The notes beneath the pieces are model-generated. The model was given only the letters and a program-made list of their open reading frames with translations, was not told the origin of the DNA and did no database searches. A stretch of DNA of 49,663 nt, counting the filler, from Rhizocarpon geographicum (taxonomy: Eukaryota): assembly GCA_964257585.1 (NCBI GenBank). It is 2 parts of 2 records of this genome, joined end to end, with 100 filler letters (N's around TTAATTAATTAA, not from the genome) between each part and the next. Parts side by side here need not be neighbours in the genome. Positions count along the whole stretch, not along the records: positions 24,894 to 49,663 come from CAXVFU010000330.1; 1 more part is not named here. The stretch is one strand, 5' to 3'. Positions 24,894-37,344 of the stretch are shown here, one piece after another. Positions within the stretch are counted from its first letter, which is position 1. The number at the start of each line of letters is the position of its first letter. The translations under genes and the position numbers were made by a program.

Positions 24894-27328
24894 CCTCCCG
24901 CCCCTTCTTCCACACCTTCCCCTCCACACGCTCCCTCCGATCATCCAACCGCTTCTTATCCTTACCGCTCAACTTTCCCTTCCCCTTCTTCACACCTTCA
25001 ACTCCGTTTAATTCCGCCCTGCCCACTTTCTTCGCAGCTCTCTTCTCCTTCTCGCTTTCAAACCATGTCCTTTTCGGCCGACCCATAATCTCATTCTCAT
25101 GCGTAATCAGGTTTTCACCTTTCTTAACATCGCGATCCGCTTGCGCCAGTTGTTTCTCCTCGCTTTCCATACTCATAATCTCTTCCACTTCCTCCTTCAA
25201 CGCATCCACTTTCTCAGCCCATGCATCTGCCGCTTCTTTTTCAACCACTCTCGAGACGATTTTCGCACCTTGTGCTTTCGCTCCTTTGACGATCTCTTTG
25301 ATGACTTTTCGGTCCGGTTCGGCGGCAATGGTGCAGGAACGACCAGAGCGACCGGCGCGGGCGGTACGGCCAACGCGGTGGAGATAAATGGAGTGGGATT
25401 GGGGGGCTTCGTAGTTGAGGACTGTGGAAACGTTTTTGATGTCGAGACCGCGGGAGGCGACGTCGGTGGCTAGGAGGTAGGAGACGGCGGAGGAGCGGAA
25501 GGTTTCGATTGCTGAGATACGCTTATAGTATTATCAGTGGTAGTATTTTGGGTGTTTCATGACAAAGGTGAGAAGAGGGAAGATATACCTGTTCTTGACT
25601 CATGCTTCCGTGCAGTTCGGCAGCTTTTAGACCACAAAGCCCGAATATGATGCGTACGCGATGAGCTTCTTTCTTTTGACGGAAAAAAATAATAACACGG
25701 TCGGTATATATGTTTTCGCAAAGATGCATCAGATAGCCTAGACGCTTATCTTCTCGGCCAGGACGTAGTCGAACAAACTCTTGGACTAAAGTGCCAACGG
25801 TCTGTTTCTTTGCATCTACCATGAGCCTTACCGGTCTGTTCAAGCCGACTCTAATAAGCTTATCAATACTGCTCGTCATGGTAGCTGAAAACAGCATTGT
25901 CTGTCTTGACTTTGGTATAGTAGTTAAGATCTCATTCAGTTCGTCTGCAAAACCATCTTCGAGCATTCGATCTGCCTCATCTAGTACTAGGATTTCCAAC
26001 GTATCCACAGTGAAGCTAGCAGAGTTTCGCATATGATCAATAAACCGCCCCGGTGTAGCAATTATCACATCTGGCCTGCTCCGTAGAAAACTCTCCTGCT
26101 CCCGTAGGCTAAAACCACCAACAAGCTGACAGAACGTGACATCTGTAAAGCTTGCAAGCTTCTTAGCTACGTTGAAACACTGCACAGCCAATTCTCGAGT
26201 TGGCATGAGTATAGCTACTCTACTCGTAGGCACCTTCTTGGGACGGTAAAGCAAGCGTTCAAGGATAGGGATGATAAAGGCAGCGGTCTTGCCCGATCCC
26301 GTAACCGCACCGCCGACAACGTCTTTTCCGAGGAGAGCCACAGGGATGGTTTTGTTCTGGATAGGCGTTGGCTCTGAAAAGCCAACAGATGCGAGACCAC
26401 GGAGGATGGGCCGCGAAAGAGACATGCTTTGGAATGAAGAAGAAATTTTACTCCCTGCAGCTTTTGGTCCATCAACCTTCTCCTCTGGGGCGAAGAAGGC
26501 TTCTCGCCGCGCTGCCTCTTCCGGGTCGTTCTCATCATCATCTCCAGCACCAAAATCTGAGCCTTGGTCATCGGGATGAGGAACAGGGTCTGCGATAGAT
26601 TCTACATCCGACTGATCGCCTTGATCTTGATCATTCTCTTTCTGGCTTGTGTCGTCTTCCTCATCACTACCCGTAGCTCCCATACCGAATCCATCTAGAG
26701 CTAAATCTTCTTCGTTATCATCATCGCTTAGCACGACCTCCTCAGGTTCGCTACCCATCTCTGATTCTTCCTCCTCGGAGAGGGCATGAGTATCTTCCTT
26801 TCCAGCCTCTGCCTCCTCTTGTACCTTTCTGTTCACCTTCTCTTTACCATCTGCACCTTTCCTCCTCCTTGCGATCAACTCGTCGATATCAACAGGCTTC
26901 TTATTTTCATTGACCGTAGCACTTGGAGCTTTCCCCTCCAAACCCCATCCATCAAAATTCTCGGCAACCCCATTATCTGCAACTCCGATCTGAAATTCAA
27001 AGTCCGAGTCCATAGCCCCATCGTCCTCGCCTTGCGCCGTCCATGTTTGATCTTGCTCTTCTAATCCAGGGTCTTCAATTGCACTATCTGGTGTGGCTTT
27101 TGAATTGTCTTTCAACTTGGCTTTTTTCGTTTTCTTCGCTTTGCCCTTGGAGGTAGGGTCGTCTATATCCTGCTGCTCTCGTTTGCGCTTCGTACCATTG
27201 GCTGCCTTTGGGGTGCGTTCGGGGACGGACTCTTCCTCCTCGTCGAAAATTGGTACGCTCCGGTCATCATCGGAGATTGTCAACACGAAATCATCCTCCA
27301 ACTTCGGATTCTTTACAATGGGCGCCAT
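24894..27328 (-). CDS. DRS1: DEAD-box RNA helicase Drs1/DDX27 (60S biogenesis), 3' end lost in the gap
   Basis: It has an acidic N-terminus, Q motif [41 protein letters not shown] and C-terminal RPKRTWF. The intron is 25588-25522. Confidence 0.93.
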
Positions 27329-28035
27329 GATCTCACGCAAAATCGAAGTATTGTACTCTACCTCGGTAGGTTTTATCAGTTTTCTATGACTGCTATGCGG
27401 GCAAATTCCAAGGGCTATACCCTAGGCAAAGCATGCTCTTGACAACACAATGTTTTCTCTGAGGAAGCTGGGGCAACAATTTTCAACAGCAAATCTTGCC
27501 AACTAATTAAGAACTTCATTGCATTACCCAGCGATTTGGCTCTTCCTTACATTATCGTGGAACATCATTGAACAGAATTCCTAACTCTCTGTGCCCGAAC
27601 CTGTCCTCTGTAGGCTCCTTCACACGGGGGGTACTCTACAACGTTCTGGGTGACTAATTGCGTGGAACAGATCTTCGAAGAGAAGTCAGTATTGCCTTTA
27701 TGCTAATCATAGAAGCGAGTGCCCCCAAGTCTTCAGTAGCTTTTACCTGAACGCGTACTCTACATCATCTCATAGGTAATCTACTTTTACCCATCCCCTA
27801 CACCTAGATTAGGCAATCTGGTGCCAAGAAAGTTGGATCGCCGTGGCATTAATCCCATGACAAGTGTGCGAGATATCTACGAAATAATCTCACGTAACCG
27901 AACCCTTCCTATACAAACATCCTGTACCACATCCAAGCCCACAAACACCATCGCAAATATGCCATGGACAGCCCCCGCAAATGATACCTCCAGCTCCTGT
28001 GTGAAATCATGAATAAATCGTCCCACCACGTTATT

Positions 28036-31000
28036 CTACATAGCTGTTCCGTATCCGCTGCCATCGTATCTATCTTCCCTTGCGGCGCTGGAACCACCAA
28101 GCTTCATGTGCGTGACGGCCTTCTGGGGCCATGAATCATCCTCGTCATCATCCGTAGGATTCGCAATCTGCAGGCGACCACCACCGGGGTGGTAGGCTGA
28201 AGCGGTAGGTGGTATTCGGGCGGGCTGCTGGGCGGATAGTGCCCATCTATCGTGGTCTCCAACTTCACGAGGCGTTGAGGAGGTGAAGGACAGGGTAGGT
28301 TTGGAGTCATAGCGAGGTGGTGGCGCGGGGAGAGGAGGGTCGTAATTGAGTTGTGGTGGTCCATTGTTCGGTCCGTCATGCGTTGTAGAGTGATCATATA
28401 CATAAGGGTTGGCGTATTCGTCATGCTGCGGGAACGTACTCGACGGAACGACCTCAGGAGAGTCGTCCCAACCTTGTGAGAAGGGGTTCTTCGCAATCCC
28501 AAAGTGGCGGGCATGTACATCGGTAGGTGTATCGTCATCCCGTGAAGCTTCTTCCTCTGGTAAGGGCGGAGTCTCCTGTATAGACCCCGCGTAATCAGCT
28601 GGTATTGCAGGCATCTCGGATATGCCTATCGGTAGTGTATCGTAGTTGGGCGTGAAATCTAGTGGTGGTGTGTGTTCAGATACCCTTCTGTCATCGGTTG
28701 GTGCTATCGATTCAATGTATCGGAGCGAGCTTCCGGCACCTGCAATACTACCATTCATTACACTAGTAGCAGTACTCCTTGGCTCCGCCACTTCGGTGAT
28801 CTGACTGTCAGCGCCGTCCGGGTCTCGTATACCGAATTGGGCGATTGTATTGATCTTTCTCCCAACCCAGCTCCCAAGTATCTTGCCACGTTGCTTTTCG
28901 CCAAGCCGAGACCGTGGGAAGTCCCCTTTAGCGACGAAGGCGACGATATCAACAATGAGCTGGTGCTCATTAAGCACAATGTTGACGATGACCGGGACAA
29001 TTGAGGCAAGGTAGGCTTTTCGTACGACCTCTACCATGATGACGACCAGACCACCTGCCTGAAAAACGGCACTACGACAGCGTTAGCTGGGCAACCATAA
29101 TATACTCTGATTTTTTGGGACGCACCATCCACCAGATACGATATTACGATGGCATTTCTCAATAGAGTATTCAATGTCCATCGGAAAATGACTGAGCCCA
29201 TTGACTTCAAAGGTCTCTCCAATACCTCCTAATACAAACAAGACTTGCATCTCCACCTGTGACCCACCTGGGCCGATCGGTCGTGTTACGTTGTGGAGGA
29301 ATCCTAAATCTCCTGTGCGAACATAAGTGATGCTGGGATCACCATCGACTGTTCGTCCATTAAATCTCTCGGCATCGAGTACATCCTTGGACCCGTAGAA
29401 CGAATTGACCGAAGCCTCAGATTGTACCCAAATCTCGCCATACTCGCCAATATGGCACAGGCAGCAGGTTTCTGGGTTGACGATTGCGATTTGGGTGCTG
29501 ACAGGAACCATTCCAGAATCCTGAATAAGCAATGATGAAGGGTCGCTATCAGGATCGACCGGGTAGATGAGACCTCTGCGAAGAGCACGAACATCCAACC
29601 ATAACTCGATAGGCTCAATGCACATGTACGAGCGGGAGGCAATCATTGGGTTGAGAACGTGGGAATAGATAGTGTTGATAGCAGTACGGTCAAGACCAGT
29701 GCTAGCAAAGTGCAAGCGGACCTTTTGAACTACGTGGAATTAGCGTGCGTCTTCACTGCAGGAGACCTCTCCGTGCTTACAAACATCAACCCTTGGTCTC
29801 CCGTCAGTCGAGATCATCAAATTTTTCAACTCATGCAAGGTAAAGCCCTTTCCAGGCATCATGTTCATCGCGTGATCAAGCATTTGGCCTGTGGCATAAG
29901 TATCTTTTATCTTGTATCTTGAGAGAGTAAGGAACAATGATTGAGGATTGGCCGCAAAGTCTACAGGCGAAACAAGATACGTTGGAGCACCTAATTGGGA
30001 TATCAGAATTGTAATCACCACAGCAGGATAGCTCTCACCAACAAAAACACCCATCAAGCAGGTATGTACAAAACCTAAACCCATGGTACTTCTTACACAG
30101 CCAAGTACGGGCCTCGAGCTCGTCATCTGGCACGTCTCTTTCTGGACTTTACATGTTCCCATTATCGTATCGTGACCGAGCTGAACGGCTATCCTCCGTT
30201 GGTCGGGTGTCCAGTAAGTCCAAATAAGGACGGGGAATCCAGGCTGGACCCATGCAGGCTTCATTGTGAATCCGAGTTCCCTACATCCGGTGGACTGACG
30301 GGGAGCTTTCGCAGTGTTGTATGTGGGTGGGATGTTAGTCCTTAGGAATTGCGCGGACTGTTTCAGATGCTGTGAAACTATCTTTTGCTTCAGCAGATGA
30401 TCGACCTCGACATTGACCAAGACAGCCTTGACTCGAAAATCAGCCACCATATGCAGAAATGCGGGAGCATCTTCATTGAGACGATTCTGGTCAAGAGGTG
30501 CCATTGGGATTGCTACCGCACCCAGACAGAAACAGGCGTGAACGGCATAAACATAGTCCTCCGAATGTGTGTACATTAGTACCAGGTGATCACCAGCTTT
30601 TACTTTAGCCTTGTTCTGAAGATATGATGCTACAGCGGCAACTTTGATATCGAATTTCTTCCAAGTCACTCCTTTGCCCTCCTTCCCTCTGCCATCTACT
30701 GTACAATACGAGAGCTCCTCAGCTTGCCTTGCAACTCGCCATTGTAAGAGATCCACTATGCTCGAGAAATTGTTCAATGGAGTCGAGGTTCGATCATCGA
30801 TCACGACTTCTCGGTAGTCTACGCCGGAATATTGCTTGTCCTGCATTGCTAGGATTTCCTGCCTCGCCGTCGTTGAAACTTGTGACCAAATGCCGCCGAT
30901 TGGATCTATGCCGACTGGAAGATTCAGAACTGCGCGCTCCACACCGAACTTGACGTGGACGCAAGGTAGAGAGCCTAGATCAAATTCTCTTCGGCAGAGC

Positions 31001-33900
31001 ATGTTCCCTATTTCTTTACGGCCGTTCTTGACGACCCTTGGTAGCGTTTGAGGCGCTGTGATCATAACGCAATACACTCGAACATGGTGTTCCTGGAATA
31101 GAACTTCCATACATCTTTCAGACAAGGAGTCCAGCAAAGCAGTGTCGAGTTGTCGAGGTGGCCCACCAGAAGCTGTTGGTGCTGTAGAAGCAGCTTGAGA
31201 TTCGAGTAGAACGATTGGAAGATGCTCTTCATTGACGAAGACATCGAACGCTGAGCAGTCATAGATCTTTGGGACGTTTTTCATGATGCTGATTATAAGG
31301 TGTTGTACGAAGAAGTAACGATATTCGGCTATCTCCATACCATGCTCTACCCATTCAACCTTTTGGCGCAATCGATCTTCGTATAGTCCAAGAATGAAGA
31401 CCTTTCCCTCAATGACGCATCCGAGTAGCCCGGTGCGCAGAAATTCGGGCTCTATGGCTGTTGGCGTAGGATTGCCTTCCTGATATTTATATGGTCGAGC
31501 GTGGAAGATCGTTTCAGTATGCTTTGGTAAAGCCCAGAAGCCACCAGACAGAGACGGTGAATCGACCCAGATCTCTCCAATAACATGTGGGCGGCAAAGC
31601 AAGCTCGTCTCCGGGTCTACGACCGCGAGCGTTACATCCGGGATCGGATATCCAAAGGCTCCCACTCGAACAGTACCAGGCTCATCCGCCTTTTTCCGAG
31701 CATCCTCACCGATTGCTACCACAACAACCTCATTTGTCTTCAATGATTCCTTGTCGAGAAGCACCTCGCTCAACTCGTTTCTGATATTCTCGTTTGTAGG
31801 TGTCGCACGTCCACCTCCAATCAGGCTTCCGTAACCATTTTGACTTACCACAGGCTTCTCTTCTTTCTTTTCCGAGCCTACACTATGTTGAGGTGCATCT
31901 AGCGATAACGGACAGCCCATCCTCTCTTCACCACCAAGCCAGTCACGCATACTGATGACCATACCACCATGCTCGGGAAGGCACAACATAGGAGCAACCA
32001 GTTCCCTGGCTCGAGGATTTCGCATCGGACGTAACCATCTATCTGCCAGTATTTCATGAAATTCGCTATCGACGGTGAGAGTGTCGATCATGCATAGCTT
32101 TACACAGGAGAAGTTTGGTTCGAAGTTCTTCTTGAAGTTTCGAGTAGTCATTGGATCAGCTTGATAGTTATAGGCTGCACGTTTCAAGCCTGGATAGTCC
32201 GCTACCATGAGCGTGGCTTTGTATTTTGTTATCAGGTTCGCATAAAGCCCAGCGGTCTCGAAAAGGCGCGATTCCATCCATACTGTTGTGTGACCACCAT
32301 AGATGGTTAGGAGAACACCGAGTATTAATCCGATTCCTTGACGAGGATCAAGATAGCTCAGGAGAATTTCTCCAGCGCCTCCTCCTGCCACGAGTCGTCC
32401 TTGCTTGTCACGAAGACCAGCGTTGAAGGTGTCTTGACCGTTCGATGGCACAGTCGCAATGATAGCGCTAAGGCATGCCATCTGGTGCATGATGGTGCGG
32501 TGGCTCATAACGACTCCTCTCAGATCCCCTGTTGGAGCCCTTGAGAATTCGATGTAAGCAAGATCAGGAACTATCAAAGGTGGGTCCTCGTCTTTCTTTT
32601 TCGGATGGTAGCTACCGAATTCATTTGTCTTCCACCATTCAACACCTCTAGGCCAATTCAATTTATTCGTAGTGATGTCCCGCTGAAAGTCCTTGAGGTT
32701 GGCATCAGTAGTCAAGGCCAGATGGGCTTGTGTAGTTGTGAGAATGATATTAAGTCTTTGATATTCTTTGAGGTCGTTGATGGGAACCGCTACCACGCCT
32801 GCAATACAACATCCCATGAACGCTACAGCAAAGTCGATAACCTCCGTGTCTCGATAGATTAAAGCTACTCTATCGCCTCTGTATAAATTACTCTTGTCTC
32901 GGATGACTTGCGCCACCTTTTCAGCCCTACTGGCCAGCTTGTCCCAAGTGATTGAGGAAGATTCTTTGCCTTTCTGGTCCAAGACCCAATACGCAGGTTG
33001 CTTCGGGTTCGTCCGTGCCCGGTGTCGTAGAACAGCGGCTATATTATCGAACTTCGACATCGGTACATTACCGTTATGCGGATCATAAACGGCAAAAGGT
33101 ACATCTCGAGGTTCTAGAGGGAGCAGGTGGCCTGCCGATGGCAAGTCACTCATATTGACCAGTGGCGGTGCCGCTGTCACAGTCGGTGAGAAGGTATCAT
33201 TAGCGGAGTATCGTTGCGGCCCACCTCCATAGCTGTCGCGAGTGTCCCCACGCTGTTGGCCCGCGAAGTCCGAGAAATATCCTTGCTCCAACATGGTCGA
33301 ATTTCTTGTGTGACCACTTGGGGATCCATTCTCCCCTGCGGGTAATTCACTGTAGCCGGTCTCGTTGACGGGATTGAAGGCGTAATTGGAGCTCATCATG
33401 GTATTCTCCCTTGTGACATTGGCTGTTGCGTACCCACTTGATCTGTCCGGCCTGTCTGTGCCATAAGGATCGTTTCCGTAAGGTACGTTTCGCTGAGGTG
33501 TATTCTTGATCCCCATTTCCCTCTCCTGAAATCTGCTGACTTGATTCGGTGGCATACTGTCATATCCGTTATGTCCATCCAACCTCGAGTCAGTCGAATT
33601 AATTCCAGGCGATGCTGAACGACGAGGATTAGCGATCGTGGAGGCAGCGCTATAGCTGCGAGACGTGAGAGCCGCAAGAGACGCAGCGCGCGAACCATCG
33701 TTGGAAGGGTGAACCGTGTCGTCTGCAGAGTGGATCCGCAGGCCTCGTTGCGCTTGCTCAGCTGGGGTCGGCGCAAGGTACTGTGAGAGTATGAGGGTCC
33801 GTCTCTTCTGATAGCCTTTTTCGGTGATATCCCCTTCCTCCAATTCATGGTCAAGCTGGCTCAGCTTCGCCTGAAGCTCTGGGTCGTTATCCGCCATCAT
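28036..33900 (-). CDS. CPS1: CPS1/Dip2/Cmr2-family protein (N-terminal DMAP1-binding-like region plus two adenylate-forming domains)
   Basis: Motifs are LEEGDITEKGYQKRR, LAYIEFS..GDLRGVVMSH, FLRTGLLG, YVRTGDLG and FPRSRLGEKQRGKIL. Introns are 30038-29991, 29780-29730 and 29125-29072. Confidence 0.92.
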
Positions 33901-34334
33901 TGAGGCCAGCACTCAATTCTTTCCTACGCCCCAGTCGTCGCCAGCGCGGTCCACTACACCACATGAGCAGAAGCGCGTCTAATTCTACGGTGCGGCATTT
34001 GATTCCTGTGAGGTTGACGGCTTCTTGGACAGAATTGGGTACAATTTTATTTCAACGACCTCGGATGTCTCAAAGAAGTCTATTTTTAGTTCAAAGTTGG
34101 TGACAAAGTGTACCTTACCCTAAGGTACTCTACATACATTATAATCTTCAAGATGAGATGCACAGATTATGGATAAATGGGATCAAAGTGACGTTATCTG
34201 TTAAAATCTCATTTGTTATCTCCTTAGTTCTACTGAACATGAAAAAGTCCTCGAATATCCCTTGCCTATTCGATCTTCCAAACATTCAATGCCAACCGAA
34301 TAACCCATGCTCACAATGTCCCCGAGGAAAGCTC

Positions 34335-35213
34335 CTACTCAATGTCGACCTTCTTAATCTCAACATATTCCCTGTCAACTTTCGGCACAGTGACAATGAG
34401 AATGCCATCCTCCATCTTCGCCGTGATGGTATCGACTTCCACGTTGGCGGGACTCGCTCGGCTACCCAGTCTAATCTTCCTTTCGAACACGCCAACCTGT
34501 CTCTCATCCATAGCCAATGTTTTCAAGAAATTCTCGTCCCCAGGTCGATAAATGACTCCTGCCACACCGAGCTCCGATTTGTCGGCGTCCCAATTGACAC
34601 CAACATCCTCTTTCTTTGCGCCGGGCAGCGATAGGTGCACAACGTAAGCATCCTCCGTGTCGAACACATCGCATGGAGGTGCAAAATCCTTTCCAGCTCC
34701 GGTGTTGGCGCTCTTGTTGGCCTCGCTGGTGGCATTCGTAGCTGCGACCGGGTCAAATCCAAGTTGCTCTGTAAACCATTGCCCTATGGAGTTGATATCG
34801 AAAGCACCCGATCCTCCGAAGGGGAACGCTCCACGTCCAGGGTGATTCGGGCCACAGAAGCCACCTCGTCGTGCGCCCCATCCATGCTGACGTCGGCCCC
34901 GACCGGGTCCCCAGCCTGGACCCTCATGATGGCCATGGTGTGCCCCGTGCTGGTGTGCCTCACCCCCCGAAGGGCCGTGGGAAAACGCTTCTGACATTTG
35001 AGGGGGAGGAGGGATACCTCCGGAACCTCGGAGCTCTGGAGGGGGAGGTGGCGCTTCTTGGTGCGTAGTGTCGCCTGAGGATGGGGCTGGCTGGCTCTCG
35101 CGAGTTTGAGGTGCGTATGCGCTAAAGAAAGGGTGGTCACCTGCCTGGGATTCCAAGTTGGCGATGAAATCCCAGAACGGGGCAGTTTGGTTGTAGTAAC
35201 GGACTGATGGCAT
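34335..35213 (-). CDS. Hsp20/alpha-crystallin small heat-shock protein with long low-complexity N-terminus
   Basis: The C-terminus reads DVFDTEDAYVVHLSLPG..ER..G.FERKI.L..AKMEDGILIVTVPK..VDIE. The gene has no intron. Confidence 0.9.
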   Translation of the reverse strand: MPSVRYYNQTAPFWDFIANLESQAGDHPFFSAYAPQTRESQPAPSSGDTTHQEAPPPPPELRGSGGIPPPPQMSEAFSHGPSGGEAHQHGAHHGHHEGPGWGPGRGRRQHGWGARRGGFCGPNHPGRGAFPFGGSGAFDINSIGQWFTEQLGFDPVAATNATSEANKSANTGAGKDFAPPCDVFDTEDAYVVHLSLPGAKKEDVGVNWDADKSELGVAGVIYRPGDENFLKTLAMDERQVGVFERKIRLGSRASPANVEVDTITAKMEDGILIVTVPKVDREYVEIKKVDIE

Positions 35214-37344
35214 TGTTGCGGTCTTGATACACTTGAGGCTTTTAATAATATGATGCTGTATTACCGTAAATGAACTGATTTGGGTTACGGAGATCTTTGA
35301 TGTAGGAGAAAAGCAAGAGTGTTGCGTTCACTTAATATAACACACCTTTTCCAAGGCAGCACAGGTACGTAATAATTCAAGTCAGCAAAATACAAGTGTG
35401 AAGAAGCACCAGGAAGGCACTCGAATCAAGAGGGGCGAGATACTACGCAAATGACAGAGAAAGCAGGCTGCCACAGAACGCGTCAGAGGATTTGATAGGC
35501 CTACGTTACTTCACCCACTAGCTTCTTAGTCAACTGCATGATCGACAAACTCGAAGGGGCTCATTCGACAGTCGTTTTGGTCTAGATGTCCAATCATTTG
35601 AGGAATTACAACATAGTATTTGCGTGGTACTTGGCATTGAAGTGGCAAATCGTCGCCGGTCTCGGGAATCTCAAGTGTACTCACATATTCGTACTACCCT
35701 ATCACGTGACTTCAATGTCAAGGTACACTTTCTTTGTCAAAGCTCCATCCACCCATAACTCCCTCGGTTTTACTACCAACTAGAAAGCAAGCAACATCAC
35801 GACATAAACTTTAAACGACATGACTGAGGGGCTGCAATTTACATATAACCTAACCTGTTGGGTGGCTCCGATTCGAATGGACCCAGTTCGTTGACGGCAT
35901 TGCATCCACTCGTTCCATGGATTTCCCCAATCTACCAAGCTGCCAATTTCCTAGTATAAGCTAGTATAGGGGTCAAAAAGTGAAGGACAAGAGTAGATGA
36001 CCATACCGTGGATGACCTAGGGACTACAGGTCTTCGATTCAGGTTTACCAATGGCCTCTTATCTCCAAGATAGACGACCAATATAGAAGAGTTAGGCAAT
36101 GGCTTCATCAAATTTCATAATTTCTAAAGACGCTGGGCTTAGGAATGACGTTGTTCTCAAATTTGGTCCTTCCATGCTCCGGGAAGTGCTATTCAAGTAT
36201 CGTCTGGGGGACAATGACCCGTGCCCTTGTCTCAACTTCATTATTCCAGAGTGTTCGCTTAATATGAAGTAATGGAAGTTTGCGCTTACACTGTTCTATG
36301 CTGTTCTCCATGATCGATTAGACACAACACTGGTATCTTACAGATATAAAAATGGGTCGAGATGTTCTTGTCCTTTGCAAGAGCTGTCAAAGGCGAAGTC
36401 GGCCACGTGAAACTTGATACATACAGGCGCACAAAAAGAACTACCATTTGAACATCACTCATCGTTGACGGGAAGGAGAGGATACGTACATCCAACGTTC
36501 CTGTCAACGGTCTGATTATTTCTAAGCGGCTCTCAGTCAACCATTAGACTGCTGTGACCTACCTAAGGTAATTCTAAGCTGCAATCTACTTAACGCACAG
36601 CCATGATCGTGCGCATCTTACAAATTACAGTCTTTAATGCATAATCGGGTGTATATTGGATCTTAGTGTCAAATTTGTGAGTGGTATATCTTTATCTTCT
36701 AAGGGCGTATAGATTTCATTTATATCGCATTTCATGATGAAAACCACTTTATTATCACAGACCTGTTCTGAATCTTTATGTGGATAACTCTATCTTGGAG
36801 ACCTTCTGAGCACGCACAAATTTTGCATCGACTTCTTATACGATCTGTACATGGTCACTTACTGACGATAATAGGTGCCCGTCAAAGGCTGTTGGAGCTC
36901 CGGTATTTCTGGATACAGGTTTGGGTGTAATGGAACAGCACCTTAAAAACCATAGCTTGGTACACAATGCAGTATTTTGGTTCTCCTGAGAAGTTGCCAC
37001 CATTCCCAGTGGTACACTCAAGTGCTATTCAGTATACGCAGTAAACATGGCAAGCTATGCAACCACTTTCCTCCCTTCAATTCATTTCTTTGTCTCTGAG
37101 TAATTTCATTATGTGCAAATCACATTGTTGGTGAACAAGCGCTTTTATATTCGTGTCGTGGTATCCGACAAAGATTGAGAATAAAGAACTTTGTACTCGC
37201 TAATTGTGTGTCCGACAAAGACCTCCCTTGAATCCTTGAAAATAATTATATGTCCGAATACATTGGTCGATGTATGTCCATAGTGGTTTCCATTCGCTCT
37301 GCTTCCTTCAATTCCACCAGTAGACTCTCCTTTAACCGGTCTAA

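Noticed and set aside
27400..27830. snoRNA host transcript or small gene between DRS1 and CPS1
   Set aside because: There are some splice-like signals, but I could not build a convincing C/D or H/ACA structure or a coherent ORF.
28036..33900. NRPS core of a secondary-metabolite cluster
   Set aside because: The adenylation-like domains have no recognisable thiolation or condensation domains. The protein fits the housekeeping CPS1/Dip2 family.
34110..34128. Inverted repeat GTACCTTA-CCC-TAAGGTAC
   Set aside because: A short isolated hairpin with no evidence of function.
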